Assembly: GCA_946965045.2 (NCBI GenBank)
Contig: OX337228.1
Span: 1,240,001 to 1,304,000 of the forward strand
Direction: 5' to 3'
Length of the DNA: 64,000 nucleotides
From: Epithemia pelagica
Lineage: Eukaryota; Protista; Bacillariophyta
Positions 60,320 through 64,000 of this stretch are shown here, in pieces. Position 1 is the first letter of the stretch. Every line of letters starts with the position of its first letter. A model generated the notes under the pieces. That model ran no database searches and was not told where the DNA came from. It worked only from the letters and a program-made list of their open reading frames with translations. The position numbers and the translations under genes were made by a program.

Positions 60320-60734
60320 TTTGTGGTTTTGCGTTACAGAGAGAGATCCTTTGTGTGAACAATCGCTCAATTTGTGCTGTCAATCCCAAACGAAGCAATA
60401 CGGAGAAAGGTGTCGAAGGAAATCACATCAAAGTTTCAACAGGGCGGCCGTGTCTGGGTTCTGGGTTCGTCTCGCTGCGCAGAAAAGACGGGGTGCGAAC
60501 TGCGAACACGACTGCGTGGAGGGAAGAACTCCGCCAATGTTGGAAGGACCAAAGGGCATAAGAAGAAGATACTAATTCTCAGTGTTCGCGACTCGAAAGT
60601 ATCACAACAAACTCATTCAGATCGATTCGGGAACGCTACGACAACTTACCCGGATCTTTGGGTCGCCAAAAGATCGCTTTCGTCATCGCGTCCATTTTCT
60701 TGCTTTCTGTTGTTTGTTTGGCAAACCAGAGACC

Positions 60735-61484
60735 ATGTCGTCGCCACCCGATAGCAACAAAAGCGAGCAAACGAGCACTCCAAAGGCATCATCGTCTTCC
60801 TCCTTGGTTCGGTCCAGCAAACGGCGGCTTGAGTTTGATAATTCCGATGAAACCCAGAAAAAACAAAAGAACCATGGTGCGGCGGCGGTGGCAAATTCTC
60901 CCTCCACTGCTACTACGACGACCCTAGTCCAATCTTCCATTGCCGACGTATGGTCCTCCACGCCTTCCAAACACAAGAAAACGAAGAAACTGCAAGCGGC
61001 AACATCAGCCGCCATTGTCACGCCAGGAGAAGAAGATCATCGTGCCCAACACAAGAGCGACCGCCTGCGTCAAACTCCTACCGCCACGAAAAGCAGCACT
61101 CTGCATCATCCACAACAACAACAACAAGTCCAAGAAAACGAACCAAAGCCCCACCAATCACTACAGTCATCCTCTTCGTTTGTTCCGATTCATGTGTACA
61201 AAAACGTGGGGTACCACCATGTCCCAGGAACGACCGCATTGCCTCGTACCACACAAACCGCCTACGAGTTGGTGTGTCAGTACTATCATGTTCCCAAAGA
61301 CTGGCCTCGTCATGGTAAGGGTCGTTATGTGGGTCCCTTGTCGGGTACTTGCTTTGAAGAACATGTCTTGCAAGCATACACTTTGGGGCAATTGCAGGCC
61401 AAGGATACCGGCGAGAAGGTTTCGATTTGTACCGAATGTGCTACGCTCGGTCATGTCCGTGAGGACTGTCCCTCCTTGTTGTAG
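60735..61484 (+). CDS. Uncharacterised protein with a disordered N-terminus and a C-terminal CCHC zinc knuckle
   Basis: CTECATLGHVREDC fits C-x2-C-x4-H-x4-C. Globular-looking segment YVGPLSGTCFEEHVLQAY precedes it. Confidence 0.7.
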   Translation: MSSPPDSNKSEQTSTPKASSSSSLVRSSKRRLEFDNSDETQKKQKNHGAAAVANSPSTATTTTLVQSSIADVWSSTPSKHKKTKKLQAATSAAIVTPGEEDHRAQHKSDRLRQTPTATKSSTLHHPQQQQQVQENEPKPHQSLQSSSSFVPIHVYKNVGYHHVPGTTALPRTTQTAYELVCQYYHVPKDWPRHGKGRYVGPLSGTCFEEHVLQAYTLGQLQAKDTGEKVSICTECATLGHVREDCPSLL

Positions 61485-62711
61485 ACAAAAATGGTTTCGT
61501 GAAGAGACTTTTTCCAAAACGTGTCGTCGTGGAACCCAGAGAGTGTTGGAAGAATGAAATCCCAATGCTGGTTGCTTCATTCACACACATAAGGAGGCCC
61601 AGATGATTGCCTGTTCACATCTTTGACAAACAGTCCACTCTTACCACTTTACACTACATATTATTGAGATCCCAGCTTGTTACCAACAAACAATGGCCAG
61701 TTCCCTAGTGGGCGTTTCTTTATGTATCAAGAGAAAGGACACTCCTGTCATTCAAAAGACATTCAATTCAGCATTGGTACATGTTTCGGAGGACGCATCC
61801 TTTACCCACATCATGTCACACTATAGAAAACTCTTCATGAGAAACTCAACCCACGAGAGTTACGAAAGCATCAAGGGAGCGAGCCGAGGGGCTGGAAGAG
61901 CGATCGAGGTGCAAAGTCGATCATTCGACCACGGGACGATCACCCAGGCGTCTCGTCAGGTTTCTGTCAAAAGCAGATCCATATGTAAGCCAAATTTTCT
62001 GCCAACGAGCTTCCGTTTCCACCAGAGTCATCAAACTCGTCCAATCAGACCATGAGATTTACATAGCAAAAACTGGGTCGGCACGAGCACAAAAACAATC
62101 GGACGAATAGGAACAGGAAAACATTTGTTTAAACCAGTGCGTAACAAAGAACAGTTCTCAAATTCATGAGTATCAATCATACACAAGACAGCGGTGTGCC
62201 ACGGAACGATGCAAACCAATTCAGGACAGCCAGTCTGTTTGCGGCTACAAAGATGGACGCACTCCGATCGATGGACACAAGAGAACTGGTTTAGTTTATG
62301 CTGTAGGATTTCCAATGGATGTACGGTGTTGCTGCTATGAGACTCTGATTTTGTAAAGTCTTGTTGTGGGTGCGGTTCACCCCCAGCCACAAGAACACCC
62401 TCACCATTAGATTAGAAGATGGATGATCATGGTCTATTTGTCATTGCTGTAGTTTTCGATTGTTGTGGTTGTTGATGATGATTTGCAAGGTTTCCTTTTG
62501 GTTATGGACTGCTCCGTCCAGATCAAACCGGTTTCGTGCCGTTCCCCCAAACCAGGGAAGCCAACCATCATCCAATAAACATACACACACACAAGCAAAC
62601 AGAGCAACAATGCAATTGAGTAGGATAGGAGTCGAGAAGTCTTGACATTGTCCGAGTCTTCCACAAAAGAAAGAGTGAGAGAATTCCTGTGTTTCTTTCT
62701 GCCCTTCGTAT

Positions 62712-63953
62712 TTAAATGGCGGCAAATCGTTCTTGGGGTCCTCCTGGTGCCACACCCGGTTGTCCCAAGAGACAGGTCAATTCTCGCAACAGGGCCAAAT
62801 TCCGTTCGCGACTGCTGCTATTATGATTGCCATTACCATGTCCATTCGATTGCGAATAATAGGATCCATCGTCTGTTCCAGCAAAGGATGAGGAAGCAAA
62901 CGAAAAGGCGGAATCACCACTTTGACACGAGGCAGCATCGGTGGTATCTACCACAGTCGGAGCCGCATTCACAATGCGATGCACTTCTTGTTGAATGTCT
63001 TGCAAGCGCAAGAGATGCAAATTCGCGGCATGCGCATGAGTATGGGGAGGAGGAGGTGGATGCATCATACCCGCAGTGGTGTTGCTGTTTGGATCCGATT
63101 CGGTTTGCATAAAGACCGTTGAAGGAGGATGCATGGAGGAGGACGGTGCCATGGTTTCCTGTGAGGGAGGTGACGGTTGGTACGGAACGGACAATGACGG
63201 CGAGTTGGATCCAATCATGGCCACAAGTTCCGATTCCAGGGTCCGCAAATATCCCAAGGCTTGAAGAATTTGCGTTTGTTTGTGTTGCAATCGTTTGTAC
63301 TTTTTCATGGACAAAATGGCACCGGTCGCATTTCCACTATTGTATCGGGCCTTGGCACGATCCAAATGGACACGAACCGATTTCCTCATATCCGTTTCTT
63401 GTTGTGTCAAATGGGCCATGCTTGTGTGGATATGCGACAGAATCTGTAGGGGTTGCAAGGGAGGAGGAGCTACGGGCGGTGTTGTTACTGCTCCTCCCGA
63501 CGAAGCAGCAGAAGAAGAAAAGGCTTGATGTGACGATTCACCGCCACCACCACCCACTCCCGGCAACAAGAGTTGTTTCAAATGATTCAAGCTATTTCGA
63601 CGACGAATCTTGTGTGGACTCATGGGTGGTTCCATTCCTCCACCACCAGCTGCGGCGGCTGACGAGCCAGCAGTCGAAGAAGGAGGATGTTGAGAATACC
63701 AGACCATGTTATCTTCTGGGGTGTTTGTCGTTTTGGGGTCATCCACCATCATAGAAGACGATGGTTGAGGATGCTGCTGTTCTTGTGAGGAGGAGGATAA
63801 CGGTGATGGAAGTATTTGCTGCTGGTGATGATAGGATGATTGTGATTGAGGTTGTGTATGTTGCTGTTGTTCGGTCCATGAGGTTGTAGGGACATGGTTG
63901 TTATGATTGTTATTGGAATTAGGATTGAAGGACATGCTTCCCCAAAAATGCAT
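62712..63953 (-). CDS. Low-complexity protein with a central Snf7/ESCRT-III-like helical hairpin
   Basis: HLDRAKARYNSGNATGAILSMKKYKRLQHKQTQILQALGYLRTLE resembles the Snf7 helices; flanks are Q/S/P/H-rich. Confidence 0.55.
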   Translation of the reverse strand: MHFWGSMSFNPNSNNNHNNHVPTTSWTEQQQHTQPQSQSSYHHQQQILPSPLSSSSQEQQHPQPSSSMMVDDPKTTNTPEDNMVWYSQHPPSSTAGSSAAAAGGGGMEPPMSPHKIRRRNSLNHLKQLLLPGVGGGGGESSHQAFSSSAASSGGAVTTPPVAPPPLQPLQILSHIHTSMAHLTQQETDMRKSVRVHLDRAKARYNSGNATGAILSMKKYKRLQHKQTQILQALGYLRTLESELVAMIGSNSPSLSVPYQPSPPSQETMAPSSSMHPPSTVFMQTESDPNSNTTAGMMHPPPPPHTHAHAANLHLLRLQDIQQEVHRIVNAAPTVVDTTDAASCQSGDSAFSFASSSFAGTDDGSYYSQSNGHGNGNHNSSSRERNLALLRELTCLLGQPGVAPGGPQERFAAI

Positions 63954-64000
63954 GCCACTCAAACTCGATCGTCGCGTATTCGAAGGAGGATTATTGTTGG

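Overview
Eukaryotic nuclear DNA, most likely from a pennate diatom (short GT-AG introns, bipartite 'AxA-FAP' plastid presequences, mitochondrion-targeted enolase, plastid class II FBA, CoDi-like copia); the taxon is inferred, not proven. Bases 1-11.9 kb hold a young LINE (RT-RNase H-CCHC, Ambal-like) split by a complete 8384-bp Ty1/copia element with 783-bp LTRs and a CTTCG target-site duplication. The rest is gene-dense: a run of central-carbon genes (MDH, PK, FBA, ENO, PGP) with HSP90 and an F-box gene, tRNA-Asn, UXS, a sulfotransferase, a mitochondrial carrier, SCOT, a Crinkler/RHS-like NTPase-nuclease gene, a chloroplast sensor kinase, a DHHC-family palmitoyltransferase, GT64, a Tudor-MYB gene, Nudix, seipin, ATG8 and two unknowns. 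Strongest leads: (1) the copia primer-binding site is the exact complement of the anticodon arm (nt 27-40) of the tRNA-Asn gene in this same window, implying half-tRNA-Asn priming, and the element also carries an extra upstream ORF and a chromodomain-like module; (2) a Crinkler/RHS-like gene with a K-to-T Walker A change beside a decayed aspartic protease; (3) a DHHC-family enzyme that has lost nearly all zinc ligands; (4) a 36-bp intergenic hairpin. All calls come from reading the sequence by eye; no database searches were run.
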